From contig NW_025767250.1 in assembly GCF_003918875.1 (NCBI RefSeq), positions 310,001 to 374,000 of the forward strand: a stretch of DNA of 64,000 nucleotides, in the 5' to 3' direction. Below are positions 1 through 13,099 of the stretch, in pieces. Position numbers and translations under genes: made by a program. This DNA is from Haliotis rubra (Eukaryota). Every line of letters starts with the position of its first letter. Positions within the stretch are counted from its first letter, which is position 1. The notes beneath the pieces were generated by a model, which was not told the DNA's origin, ran no database searches, and saw nothing but the letters and a program-made list of their open reading frames with translations.

Positions 1-251
1 ACAAAAAACACATTCACCAATATCAAGTCATAGCTTTGTAAGCGGCACTAGTGACTATTTAAGACCAGCACAGGTTCGGCAGATGCAACACGTGTTCTCA
101 TGGGCACTGAAATGTGTGGTGAAAGTTCATGTGAAGTGGAACAGCAGCACCAGACCTATTGCTATCAGCCAATGTTGGAAGTGATGCTTTTTTATTAATC
201 TAATGTAAGTGTTACTTTAGGTCAGAGTTGGACCTCTAATATATTATATAT

Positions 252-421
252 GGGGTGGTGGGGTAGCCTAATGGTTAAAGAGTTGGCTCGTCAAGCTGAA
301 GACCTGGGTTCGAATCCCCACATGGGTACAATGTGTGAAGCCCATTTCTGGTGTCCCCCGCCGTGATGTTGCTGGAATATTGCTAAAAGCGGCGTAAAAC
401 CAAACTCAGTCAGTCAGTCAG
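252..421 (+). mobile_element. tRNA(Asp)-derived SINE, family A, full length
   Basis: Head GGGGTGGTGGGGTAGCCTAATGG (A box) ... GGGTTCGAATCCC (B box). Body and tail GCTGGAATATTGCTAAAAGCGGCGTAAAACCAAACT-(CAGT)n. Near-identical to the copy at 8485. Imperfect TSD tctaatatattat (235-247) / tctgatatattat (422-434). Confidence 0.9.
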
Positions 422-728
422 TCTGATATATTATGAGATCCTTTGGGGACCTTTTTCACTTTGCAGAGTTGCCTCCATTAGATATGACACCGGTGTGAGA
501 TCCCATCTCATTTACTCACTCAGCAGTGAGAGGATGTTCTGCTAAGCAAGTTGAAGAAAACTCATATCTGACAATTTTATCAGATCTGATTCATGTCTCC
601 ATGTGGGCACAAAATGTGAAGCCACTGATGTGAATGTTGTTACAAGTGATGTAAATCATACTGTCCCTCACACATGGTTCAGATTTGCTTGTATAGTCCT
701 TGGTTTGCCAGTAGAATGCCTGTACTCA

Positions 729-3285
729 TGGGTTTGACCAGTCTCGTACTTAAAAGTGTTATTTCGTGCTGATGGTGTCACCAGTCTTCAACCTAGAGGT
801 GTTACTTTGTGCTGATGGTTTTACAGTTTTCAACCTAGAGATGTTACTTTCTGCTGATGGTGTCACAGTCTTCAACCTTAGAGGTGTTACTTTGTGCTGA
901 TGGTGTCACCAGTCTTCATCCTAGAGGTGTTACTTTGTGCTGATGGTTTCACCAGTTTTCAACCTAGAGGTGTTACTTCATGCTGATGGTTTCACCAGTC
1001 TTCAACCTAGAGGTGTTACTTTGTGCTGATGTTGTCACCAGTCTTCAACCTAGAGGTGTTACTTTGTGCTGATAGATTCACCACTCTTCAACCTAGAGGT
1101 GTTACTTTGTGTTGATGGTGTCACCAGTCTTCATCCTAGAGGTGTTACTTTGTGTTGATGGTGTCACCAGTCTTTAACCTAAAGGTGTTACTTTTTTTTG
1201 ATGGTTTACGGTCTTCATCCTAGAGGTGTTACTTTGTGCTGATGGTTTTACGGTCTTCAACCTAGAGATGTTACTTTGTGCTGATGGTTTCACCAGTCTT
1301 CAACCTAGAGGTGTTACTTTCTGCTGATGGTTTTACGGTCTTCATCCTAGAGGTGTTACTTTGTGCTGATGGTGTCACCAGTCTTCATCCTAGAGGTGTT
1401 ACTTTGTGCTGATGGTGTCACCAGTCTTCATCCTAGAGGTGTTACTTTGTGTTGATGGTGTCACCAGTCTTCATCCTAGAGGTGTTACTTTGTGCTGATG
1501 GTGTCACCAGTCTTCATCCTAGAGGTGTTACTTTGTGCTGATGGTTTCACAGTCTTCATCCTAGAGGTGTTACTTTGTGCTGATGGTTTCACCAGTCTTC
1601 ATCCTAGAGGTGTTACTTTGTGCTGATGGTTTCACCAGTCTTCAACCTAGAGGTGTTACTTTGTGCTGATGGTTTCACCAGTCTTCAACCTAGAGGTGTT
1701 ACTTTGTGCTGATGGTTTCACCAGTCTTCAACCTAGAGGTGTTACTTTGTGCTGATGGTGTCACCAGTCTTCAACCTAGAGGTGTTACTTTGTGCTGATG
1801 GTGTCACCAGTCTTCAACCTAGAGGTGTTACTTTGTGCTGATGGTTACACCAGTCTTCATCCTAGAGGTGTTACTTTGTGTTGATGGTGTCACCAGTCTT
1901 CATCCTAGAGGTGTTACTTTGTGCTGATGGTGTCACCAGTCTTCATCCTAGAGGTGTTACTTTGTGTTGATGGTTTCACAGTCTTCATCCTAGAGGTGTT
2001 ACTTTGTGCTGATGGTTTCACAGTCTTCATCCTAGAGGTGTTACTTTGTGCTGATGGTTTCACAGTCTTCAATCTAGAGGTGTTACTTTGTGCTGATGGT
2101 TTCACCAGTCTTCAACCTAGAGGTGTTACTTTGTGCTGATGGTTTCACCAGTCTTCATCCTAGAGGTGTTACTTTGTGTTGATGGTGTCACCAGTCTTCA
2201 TCCTAGAGGTGTTACTTTGTGCTGATGGTGTCACCAGTCTTCAACCTAGAGGTGTTACTTTGTGCTGATGGTTTGACAGTCTTCAACCTAGAGGTGTTAC
2301 TTTGTGCTGATGGTTTCACAGTCTTCATCCTAGAGGTGTTACTTTGTGCTGATGGTTTCACCACTCTTCAACCTAGTTAGGTGTTACTTTGTGCTGATGG
2401 TTTCACCGGTCAGTCTTCATCCTAGAGGTGTTACTTTGTGTTGATGGTGTCACCAGTCTTCAACCTAGAGGTGTCTTCAACCCAGAGGTGTTACTTTGTG
2501 CTGATGGTGTCACCAGTCTTCATCCTAGAGGTGTTACTTTGTGCTGATGGTGTCACCAGTCTTCAACCTAGAGGTGTTACTTTGTGCTGATGGTGTCACC
2601 AGTCTTCATCCTAGAGGTGTTACTTTGTGTTGATGGTGTCACCAGTCTTCATCCTAGAGGTGTTACTTTGTGTTGATTGTGTCACCAGTCTTCAACCTAG
2701 AGGTGTTACTTTGTGGTGGTTCACCAGTCTTCAACCTAGAGGTTTGTGCTGATGGTGTCACCAGTCTTCAACCTAGAGGTGTTACTTTGTGCTGATGGTT
2801 ATACCAGTCTTCAACCTAGAGGTGTTACTTTGTGCTGATGGTTATACCAGTCTTCATCCTAGAGGTGTTACTTTGTGCTGATGGTTTGACCAGTCTTCAA
2901 CCTAGAGGTGTTACTTTGTGCTGATGGTTTCACAGTCTTCATCCTAGAGGTGTTACTTTGTGCTGATGGTTTCACAGTCTTCAACCTAGAGGTGTTACTT
3001 TGTGCTGATGGTTTCACAGTCTTAAACCTAGAGGTGTTACTTTGTGCTGATGGTGTCACCAGTTTTCATCCTAGAGGTGTTACTTTGTGCTGATGGTGTC
3101 ACCAGTCTTCATCCTAGAGGTGTTACTTTGTGTTGATGGTTTCACAGTCTTCATCCTAGAGGTGTTACTTTGTGCTGATGGTTTGACAGTCTTCATCCTA
3201 GAGGTGTTACTTTGTGCTGATGGTTTGACAGTCTTCAACCTAGAGGTGTTACTTTCTGCTGATGGTTTTGTCAACTTACAGGTGT
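729..3285. repeat. Minisatellite, 42/43-bp unit (AGGTGTTACTTTGTGCTGATGGTGTCACCAGTCTTCA[A/T]CCTAG), ~59 copies
   Basis: Direct periodicity, e.g. AGGTGTTACT at 1351 and 1394. A 42-bp variant explains the 14-aa repeats in the ORF track. Edge copies are degenerate. Confidence 0.97.
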
Positions 3286-3521
3286 TTTTTATTGTTTGAT
3301 TTCTCCCCACAATCACAGACCAACTGAGGTATTGTACTTCTAAGGTTTCTTAGCTTGTCCAGTACTGTTACCATTTTACAACCATTTCAGTTTCAAAATG
3401 GATAAGTGCAAGTATTTGATTTGCATAGAAAACTGTGTGATATGGTTTCACACAGTGACTTTAATAGATCGCAGTCCTATGTTTACTTGGTGTGTCCTGC
3501 AGAGAAGATAACATACAAGCA

Positions 3522-3666
3522 TGTGGGTGAGTATACTTCTACACTGTGTTTAGCAGTACTCCAGCAATATCATGGGCTGGGGGACACAAGTAGTAGACTT
3601 CATAATCAAACCCAGGTTTTCAATGTGACATGCAAATGCTTTAACCATAGGCTACTCCACTTCTCC
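3522..3666 (-). mobile_element. Degenerate family A SINE
   Basis: Reverse complement gives head GGAGAAGTGGAGTAGCCTATGGTTAAAGC...CCTGGGTTTGAT and tail GATATTGCTGGAGTACTGCTAAAC. Confidence 0.75.
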
Positions 3667-6096
3667 TCAGTCATATGATAACCAATTGGTGAATCTTAAA
3701 GAAAGTTGCCTTTATTGATGATACACAGTGATACTCAAGTCAATTATCTGGAATCAGTGTGAATACAGTGAAGGGACAGATAATCATTTCAGTTATTCTT
3801 TACAAAAAGTAGCCTGTAAGATACGATGCTGTCAATGTTAACCAAAGATGTTCTAACCTATTATGAGTGCTTCATTCAAATGGGTGTAATGGCTTATTAT
3901 CATTGTCCTCCATCAGGCATTTAAGTAATCAAAATGAAAACCATTGTGCGCTGAAATATGGATCATGCAAATAACTTGTAAGCATTTTAATACAGTATAC
4001 AATTGACGGGAGTATGAAGTCCTTATTTCCACTGACATTTTAAATTTCTTTCCAGTGACATATTGGCTGAGGAAATCCATAAACCTGGCCTTGTTTTGAT
4101 TTCTCCCATGGCATAGAGTCACATAAGTTAATGTGTTTACTGAGAGTACTGATTAACTTTAGAAGCTCTAACATTTCTTTTAACAATATTTGTCTTTAAT
4201 TTTTATTGAATGAATTAAATGAGTAGATGGTTATCACCTGTAAACTGGTATTTATCTGCCCAAACTTAATCAGGGTTGTCAATAATTGTAAACAGGTATC
4301 ACAATAATGGGATCTAAAATGCCTTGGATCATAAATGTGGGTGAGGGTTGTTTGAGGACGAGCCAGAGGTTTTTCCAAGAAATGACACACATAACTAATG
4401 TTTTTTTGGTGACATATTAATTATTTATTTATTAATGTAGTATAGGAATAACTCTACTGCATTGTACTTCAGGTTTTGTATGGGAAGAGACCCTCCGGCA
4501 GTTGGTTGTATCCTTGCAAGCATCAGTGTCACTGTTATCTTGGTCATAAACTTCTGAACATAAGTTTCACACATATCTCAGAAAACTGTTTCATAGGAAT
4601 AATTGCTTTCAAAGAACAATTCAACTTCAGGAACAGATTTTCTTACTTCATGTAGCAGCCATAAATAGTCATGTGTTTATCTAAATTGCATCGTGTGATC
4701 AGATTGATTGCCATTGAGAGCTGGAGGCGTGGATCTTTGTCAAACTGTCACTTGTTACCTGGTCTGGAGTTGATTACTTACTAGATGTCGTGCTGGAGCT
4801 GGAATTGTGCTAACTTGTTGAACAATCTTCACATACTGGGTGGCAGCAGCAAATCAGATGCCTTTACCACATTGCTTTTGTGAAAAAAATATTGCTTAAA
4901 AAACTTAAACAAGTGAATATGTCAAAAGAGATTGTTGATAGGTTTTCTTGACACATGTGTAGAATGTTTGGATGTTATAATGGTCTCATGGACATACTCG
5001 CCTACATTACTGGAGTTCTTTGTATTCATTCACAAGTTTTATTGCTATAGAAAATGGTAGGGTCATCAAACATTTAGTTAGTTACACCATGTGACCTACA
5101 TGTACCCTGGCCCAGTCAAGAAATGCAATAGGGATACCAGCTTGACTCAAAGAAATGAAGGTCTCTGCTTACAAAGAAAACATACCCATGTTGTGCCACC
5201 AGACTACAGTTTAAGAAACAGTTTTAAATGTTTACACAACACTTTTGTTCTTCCTTTTTTCCAGAGTCTGTCTTTCAACATATGAGAGCCCCTGTGTAAG
5301 CAAAGTAGACATTCTAGACATTATGACAAATAAGTGTGTGAAAGTGGATGTTATACAGTGCATTGGTAACTTCATATGTTCTAGTTGTGGGAGTGACCCA
5401 ACTTGGCCTGCCTCACTGTATGTGTCCTGTGGCAGCATGTCCCTATGGGATGTAGGGCTGAGCGTTACCATGTACTGACTGGTGCTGGTCCCAGCTACCT
5501 ATGGGATGTACTGACTGGTGCTGGTCTGGTCCCAGCTCCAGGTTACTTGTTTACCAGAGGTTTGACAATATGCTGGGGTCACAATATGTTGCATGTCATC
5601 TGATACCAAGGGAGCGATATGTACAGTACTTGATAATGTTTCGTTTGGCAAGGAATCATGAGCTGAATCATTTGTTTTCAATAAGTGAGCAAGGTTTAAT
5701 GGTTTGATGCTGTTTTCAACAGTATTCCATATTCCAGTTACATTATGGCGTGTCAGCTGACTTTGAAAGAAAATACTAAAGTGATGAAGGTGATAGACTT
5801 TTACGACCGTGTTGAAATGTATGAGCAACATAATCAGTTGGAAGTTTGGAATGAAGCACAAGTATTGTGAATGTTATGATATTTATAACCTAATGTGAAA
5901 TGCTACATAATATCTTCAAGCAGGTTGTTGACCAGTTAAAATCCATGTGTTTCTGTTGCAATGTACCTTGTGGTGTATTAACTAATGTATGTATTATGTT
6001 GTAAATCAATGTATTGTTTAGTTGGCCTTGTATCAGGATACTACACTTTATACTAAACCATTGGTTACAGTGTTGATCTGTCTGCTTGTTGTTCAA

Positions 6097-6167
6097 CCAT
6101 GTGGGGAATCAAACCCAGGTCTTTGGCATGATGGGCGAAAGCTTTAACAACTAGGCTTCCTCACCGC
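6097..6167 (-). mobile_element. Family A SINE head fragment
   Basis: Reverse complement reads AGCCTAGTTGTTAAAGCTTTCGCCCATCATGCCAAAGACCTGGGTTTGATTCCCCACATGG. Confidence 0.75.
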
Positions 6168-6266
6168 GCATGTAAATAGTAACTGGCACTATGGAAGTAT
6201 TTCCTTGCTAAAAATGAAAATCCATGTTAGAATTGCTTGTTCCTCATGAAGATCCAGATGCTTATC

Positions 6267-6478
6267 CCCTATGAAGATCTGGGTTACAACTGGTCTTCAG
6301 CAACCCATGCTTGAGGCGACTCCTGGGATTGGGGGCTTGGGGGTTGCTCACAAGGTTCATGCATGTCATCAATAATGTATAGACTGATGCTCATGATTTC
6401 AATCACTGTATTGTCTGATCCTGACTGTAATGGCTGTCATGTAGGTGGAATATCGCTGAGTGCAGGAAACAACAAACA
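6267..6478 (+). mobile_element. Degenerate family B SINE-like element
   Basis: TGAAGATC...GGTCTTCAGCAACCCATGCTTGAGGCGAC...GATGCTCATG...ATCACTGTATTGTCTGATCC...GGAATATCGCTGAGTGC is colinear with the reverse complement of 44588-44833. Confidence 0.75.
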
Positions 6479-7353
6479 TAGGATGTTAAAATACTGAACA
6501 ATTTGTGAAGAACATTCTTACAATATCTGCCCTTCTACTTCTGCAGGGATTTCTATTTCAGGTTCAGTAAAGTTATTGCATCTTGCTGTGGGTTTTGTTA
6601 AAAAAAGTGGATTAATATTATCTGTTTTAAATATCCAATTGAACAGTTTCAAAGGTGTTTATTTCAGTATAATTAACTGTGTAATAACTCTCCTGTTTTT
6701 TTGTCTTTAGAGAATTCCCCAATCTTTCACAATCCATTGAATGTGAAATACAAGATATATTAGGTTTCGTCTTGAGATGACTGATGAATTCATTTAATCC
6801 TAGAATCTGGTCTCAACTGGATAACTGTACTCATGTGCACTGTGTACAGTTGACAGACTGTGCAGCGAGGACACTGCATGCTTGCCCGTACAGCTCACCA
6901 AAAAATCAACACTCATAAGTGAAGCTTAAATGATGTTAACCTAACATTCTGTGTATACGATCGAGTGCAAGCTGTTCATGTGGCGGCAACATCTTGTGGA
7001 AATATTAGCAACAAAAACAATCTAAATGCTGAAATTGAAGTCTTTGGCATTCCTTTGTGACTTATTATAAGAATATTAAGTTTATTCCTTGGTCTTATTT
7101 ACTTAACATGATAAGACACAGTCAGGGAGATTTTGCGACGCACAAACTTAATTCCAAATAAATCAGGTCAATGTGGGAGTTAATTGCTGTAGTCTACATC
7201 TTCGTCTGGTGTGATGACGGTGGCTAATCAAGCTGAATTCAAACACAACAACCATGTGATGTGTGAAACCCAGACTTCATAATGCTGTGGTGGGACAGCA
7301 AGAGTGGTGGAACACCATTACACATTCTTCACATTCACACGATTCTGAGAATT

Positions 7354-7517
7354 AAGAAATACAGTTCGCTCTACCCCCTTGTACAGTGTAATAAAGTACA
7401 GTTTTACCCTGAACTACGATAGGACGCTTTGGTCAGAGTGCTTTAATATTATAATAGTTGACGGCAGAACTGTACTTTCTTACAGTATACATAGGGGTAG
7501 AGTGAACTGTAATTCTT
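7354..7517. mobile_element. Short palindromic MITE-like element (~65-bp imperfect inverted arms)
   Basis: AAGAAATACAGTTCGCTCTACCCCCTTGTACAGTGTAATAAAGTACAGTT matches the reverse complement of the right end, AAGAATTACAGTTCACTCTACCCCTATGTATACTGTAAGAAAGTACAGTT. Confidence 0.7.
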
Positions 7518-8313
7518 TTCAAAAATGCTAAATTTAATACTTACCAATGATTAATCTAGGCAGAAACAAACAGAAAAGTGATGGTGTCAGTGATCTAGAT
7601 TGACAATCCTCAATCAGGGCAAACTGATGTGCTGTCTGTCCTATTGAGGTGTGTGCCCAGCTACATTAAGATGCACGTTACCAAGAAAACAAATGAGTTT
7701 GAAGACGATTTACATTCATGTTAAATATCTTAAATTTGAGATTATTGTAGGCCATATGAGGCAATATAAATGTTGTTTTTCTATGTCCAATATAAGTTTA
7801 GATCAGCACATCCAGATGAAGCTAATGACTCACGGGACATTCTGCATATGTATTGTGGGACTGTGGACATAGGTTTAGTTAGCAAACATGTCATTGTTTA
7901 ATTGCGAGTCTAGCTGAGACATTTTTTTCCTTCAAAACATTGAAATGTAATATTTCCACCAGTGATGTTAGCCAAGGGAAGCAACTGCAAACCAAGAAAC
8001 AGTGCTGCTAAGTAGTTTACTGTAGGAGACTGTATGTTGCGATGACAACTAAACATGCATCATGACATCGGTTACCAAGGTACGTTTGATTACAAGGGGG
8101 GCAGACTAGAATGGCTTGATAACGTCAATACAGTGTGACATAATGCAAAAAGTGTACATTATCATCTGATAAAGTACTGTCGGCGCCTTCGATCTTTTAG
8201 CAAAGCATCTTACATATACAATTATGATATCATGCATTCATTGATGCAGAGTTTTAAATAATGTATCTTGTATATATATTTCACTCACTCACACATTTTT
8301 GTTTCTCATTCAT

Positions 8314-9164
8314 TGAGATGTTGATCAAGATCATTCCATAAATGTTTCATGAAGTTTAGATCTTGAGACCTTGAGACCCACGGCATTATGGATGTTGTGG
8401 TTCCTCAAAAAGGGCATTGCCCGTCTTGTGGTGTGAGGTTGGGCATTGTTGTGTTGAAAAATGATGTTCTGTTCAATAATGGGAGGGGTGGTGGGGTAGC
8501 CTAATGGTTAAAGCGTTGGCCCGTCACGCCGAAGACCCGGGTTCGAATCCCCACATGGGTACAATGTGTGAAGCCCATTTCTGGTGTCCCTCGCCGTGAT
8601 GTTGCTGGTATATTGCTAAAAGCGGCGTAAAACCAAACTCAGTCAGTCAGTCAGTCAATAATGGGAAGGACATTTAGCAGAGGAATTTCATCAGTGTAAT
8701 GTTGTGCCATTAAATGGTCCCGGATGTGTACCAAGTCTGTTGTGGCACATGGAGGCCCACATCATTACACTCTCTCCACGAAACCTGTCCACTTCTTTTA
8801 TACAGTTTTGATCATAATCTTCCCCATGACTTCTGTAAATAGGACATCTTTGGTCTGTCACTAAACCAAACACATCTCCTTCTGGACTGAAATCTTCCGA
8901 GTTGGCTGTGGTGAGGCGTTTCAGTAAGCCATCTTACCGCTAAGTCTATGTTAAAGTATGCGAGTTGCGATCACCTTAGCACTACAATCATTTTCTGTGT
9001 AGTCAACCAGATCTGGGTAGGTCATGTGTTGACCCAGGGGTCTGATAACAGTTCCATTGTATGTCAATGTTCCTTAGCAATATGTCTTAAAACCTGGCTA
9101 TGACTGAAACTGAGTTGCCTGTCTGTAGTCGGCTGATGGTGTTGCAGCATTGAGCTAGTCTTGG
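8314..9164 (-). pseudogene. Decayed Tc1-family (DD34E) transposase
   Basis: Frameshifted minus-strand translation gives ordered Tc1 motifs: PRLAQ..TISRLQTGNSVSVIARF; GSTHDLPRSG*; VWFSD; IYRSHGEDYDQNCIKEVDRFRGESVMMW; LMAQHYTDEI..NVLP; IFQHNNAQPH; MPWVSRSQDLNFMKHLWNDL. Confidence 0.88.
8485..8654 (+). mobile_element. tRNA(Asp)-derived SINE, family A, young copy nested in the Tc1 relic
   Basis: A and B boxes intact. GTCACGCCGAAGACCCGGGTTCGA resembles the tRNA-Asp(GTC) anticodon/T arm. (CAGT)n tail. Perfect 12-bp TSD TCAATAATGGGA at 8473-8484 and 8655-8666. Confidence 0.95.
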
Positions 9165-9463
9165 CTAGTTTACACTTTCCACTTGCTGTCCAGTTGTGAT
9201 GACAGACAAATAAAACCTGACATTTTCATAGCCCATCAATCATGGGGTTTTTGCACACTCATTTTATGTTGGTGTGTTTAGCTGCCATGTGGTTGCATTT
9301 TTTGCAGTTTTGGGGGTATTTCTTCCCTTATACTTTACCCACACAAATCACTATCAATGCATGCAGACATGAGAAATTAATATTTGGCATTCATTTTGTA
9401 TGAATATAAGTAAAATTCAGTCAGATATTTTCAATTTTCCTACTTTTGAATTTTTTTAGAGTA
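9165..9463 (-). mobile_element. Probable 5' terminal region of the Tc1 element, ending at a TA
   Basis: Lies directly upstream of the transposase relic. Reverse complement begins TA-CTCTAAAAAAATTCAAAAGTAGG. The partner TIR was not found. Confidence 0.45.
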
Positions 9464-11202
9464 TATCAGTCATGCATGTTAAGATCCCAGAACACTTCCC
9501 ATTCAGGTATTTTAATGAAATTGAAAATTTTGTTCAATGTATAAAGCTTTATTAACTGATTAAGGCTTCTTGCACTCATGTATCATGGTCAGCACTAGTA
9601 TAACTCCTGGGTATATGACATTGTCCTGAATGTTATGTGTTTATGATGTAAAGATTACAAGAATCTCTCATAAAGAGAGGGGTTGGGATTATGTACTGGG
9701 AAGATGACTAAAGTAAACTTGGAAGAAGAAAGAAGATCACTTCTTGCCTTCCTCGGCATGACTGACGTTTATCATTCACTTGAAATATCTCACCTGCAAA
9801 TGGTTGCTTTACTGTAGTTGGAAGGATGTAATTGTGTTTGTACTGGCATGGGACTGCTGGGTAATGATTCAGAAGTGGTATTTTCTGTCCTAAAGCATGT
9901 GGACTTAAAGCATGTGATGGGGTTCAGATTACTCAACCAGTGGTAATTTGAGATGCCGATGTGTGTATATTTGTCTCCTGATGTCGTTTTTATGTGCTGG
10001 CTCACTGAGATATCATGCCACAGTGTAACACTGATACCCTACTCAGATATAGCAGACTGATTCCTAGCCAGCCTGGATTTATACCCTTAATTCTGGGCAG
10101 GTAAACAACGCACACCTTTAATGTCTTGTATGACACAGCACGACTGACACTACTCTTCTGGCAGCCATTGCAACAGCCAGACAATGGTTGTACCAATGAT
10201 GACAGACAAATAAAACCTGACATTTTCATAGCCTATCAATCATGGGTTTTTTGCACACTCATTTTATGTTGGTGTGTTTGGCTGCCATGTGGTTGCATTT
10301 TTTTTGCAGTTTTGGGGGTATTTCTTCCCTTATACTTTACCCACACAAATCACTATCAATGCATGCAGACATGAGAAATTAATATTTGGCATTCATTTTG
10401 TATGAATATAAGTAAAATTCAGTCAGATATTTTCAATTTTCCTACTTTTGAATTTTTTTAGAGTATATCAGTCATGCATGTTAAGATCCCAGAACACTTC
10501 CCATTCAGGTATTTTTAATGAAATTGAAAATTTTGTTCAATGTATAAAGCTTTATTAACTGATTAAGGCTTCTTGCACTCATGTATCATGGTCAGCACTA
10601 GTATAACCCCTGGGTATATGACATTGTCCTGAATGTTATGTGTTTATGATGTAAAGATTACAAGAATCTCTCATTAAGAGAGGGGTTGGGATTATGTACT
10701 GGGGAAGATGACTAAAGTAAACTTGGAAGAAGAAAGAAGATCACTTCTTGCCTTCCTCGGCATGACTGACGTTTATCATTCACTTGAAATATCTCACCTG
10801 CAAATGGTTGCTTTACTGTAGTTGGAAGGATGTAATTGTGTTTGTACTGGCATGGGACTGCTGGGTAATGATTCAGAAGTGGTATTTTCTGTCCTAAAGC
10901 ATGTGGACTTAAAGCATGTGATGGGGTTCAGATTACTCAACCAGTGGTAATTTGAGATGCCGATGTGTGTATATTTGTCTCCTGATGTCGTTTTTATGTG
11001 CTGGCTCACTGAGATATCATGCCACAGTGTAACACTGATACCCTACTCAGATATAGCAGACTGATTCCTAGCCAGCCTGGATTTATACCCTTAATTCTGG
11101 GTAGGTAAACAACGTACCACCTTTTAATGTCTTGTATGACACAGCACGACTGACACTACTCTTCTGGCAGCCATTGCAACAGCCAGACAATGGTTGTACC
11201 AA
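9197..11202. repeat. ~1.0-kb tandem duplication (9197-10196 / 10197-11202)
   Basis: Both copies start TGATGACAGACAAATAAAACC and end CAATGGTTGTACCAA. An identical 71-aa ORF is called in each. Differences are a few substitutions and homopolymer indels. Confidence 0.97.
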
Positions 11203-12739
11203 AGGAAAAATCTATGTTCAGAATCTTTGAACATTTGAAAAATTATTGACCTGAATCATGTCTTTCAGAACAAGAAAGAACAGTGGGAACTTTGAAGTTG
11301 ATAAATTTCATACACTGTTTGTGTTTGTGTGAACAAGTTGATGAATTTCATACACTGTTTGTGTGTTTGTGTGAACAAGGCTTTGACTGAGAGCTGGGAG
11401 ACGGCATGTTGCTGTGTACAGGAGCTATTTCAAATACAGAAAGCTTTGATACGTATTTGATAAGACAGGCAATGAACAGGTGATGTGATCACATGATACC
11501 ACAGTTGATCACCTGATCAGTGGATACCAAGGTATGCACTTCAGTGCAAATCAATCACCCGATTGTGCGTCACTAGTGACTTTGACAGTAATTCAGATAA
11601 TAAAACACTTTCATCACTCTATCTATGAGTATTTACCTACTGAATGGAGTTTAGCACATTATAAATGCACTTAGTATTATTATTGTTATTATCTTACCTA
11701 CAGCATTATCTCTACAGTTGTTGAAACGGAAACTCCACTGTCAGTATACAGTCATTGTTGGATGTTGGTAAAAGTCTGAAGTATGGATAAAGTGGCCTTT
11801 CTGCCTGACTTGAAAAGTCAAAGTGCAGAGATTTGCAAAATGTTAAATACTGTTAAAATATTTTATTGAACCCTTTCAAATGACTGGCAGTTAGTCTGTT
11901 TTTCATATTTTAATTGTAAACTTCGGACTTCGGACATGATAATGAGTGTTGAAGATAAGTTATCGATCTTTAAGAGCAAGTGACTGGCACAGATGAATTT
12001 CTCACCATATGCTGGTTCTAACTTTACTTACTCATTCTTTGATTAGAAATACTGAATAAATGACCTGTTCAAGGTGGCATTTAAAACAAGTCACTTATTG
12101 ACCTATGAGTTTTATGTCTCTACACCCTGAACATCGATGCACTCAGCCGAGTCACTGAGTCTGACTTGGCTATATTTCTGGTTTGATTCCAATAACTTCA
12201 ATTTGAGAAGCCCTTGTGTCACAGTGATATAGCTGTAATATTGCTTCAACTTTTCAACAACACACTGATTCAATCAGTAGCATTTAAGAGTGAGCAGATT
12301 CAGTTATAAACTCCAAGAATCTCAATCAATACGTCAAATAAAACTGCCATGGAGATGGTTGTTTAAAGACCAATATTTTATGGTTTATTTCATTTGATGA
12401 AATAATGAACCAGTAAATTGGAGAAAATTGTTGAAAATGGAAATATTTGTAGCTTGACATATGCAGATTGAGATAAAGGATTCTTTTATTGATACCCACC
12501 AAATGTTTCTAATGTAAGTTTCCTATTGCCAGCAGTGGATGAATGTATTTCCTGTGCTGTTTGTTGGGGTTCCCTGAACAGACAGATAGTACCATGGACC
12601 TACATTGCTGTCACTAGAAACTAGAATCTCTGTTGGATTTCAAGATACATTCTAGGTATGTAAGAGTTCAAAAATGTCTCCCATGGTGATAACTAATTAA
12701 ATTTGCACCCCATGAGTGTTGACGGGACGGGTATGTTTG

Positions 12740-12982
12740 GAGGAGGAGAATGCTGAACTGTATGAGCCAGACACTTTAACATCGGATCATCGGGCAACAG
12801 ACAGGTACCTGAAGGACAAGCCACACCCATATGGACTTTTTCAAGGAGATGAATTTCAAACAAGTCAGAAAGTACTTGAAGTTTAACGCAAAGAATTAAA
12901 GCAAAGTGGCAGGGGAAATTGTCCCAACAAATCTGAATCTCTATGCCCTGAATATGAGGATAATATGTGGGGAAGAAAAGGC
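12740..12982 (+). pseudogene. Crypton (CryptonA/ZMYM-KCTD1-like, DUF3504-associated) tyrosine recombinase fragment
   Basis: One frame with a single stop reads EEENAELYEPDTLTSDHRATDRYLKDKPHPYGLFQGDEFQTSQKVLEV*RKELKQSGRGNCPNKSESLCPEYEDNMW. This matches the Crypton pattern YEPxTL..AIDRYL..EF..SRxVLxAKRKxLKxxGxGNxPN..L...EE.xLW. Confidence 0.8.
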
Positions 12983-13099
12983 TTCACCAGAAGCAAAAAA
13001 GATAACATATTCTTAAAATTTCAAAAGATGCTTGTTTATGTACAAGAACACATGTAATAGTCACAACACTGCAATAACCTTTTAACCTGACCTCAGTTA

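Noticed and set aside
5540-5870. Possible I/Nimb LINE C-terminal relic on the minus strand (HLLK..D / IPCQ / TVHI)
   Set aside because: Only short motif hints across frames; too weak to call without a search
8485-8560. Functional tRNA-Asp gene
   Set aside because: The head continues into a SINE body and tail and is bounded by a TSD; it is a SINE head
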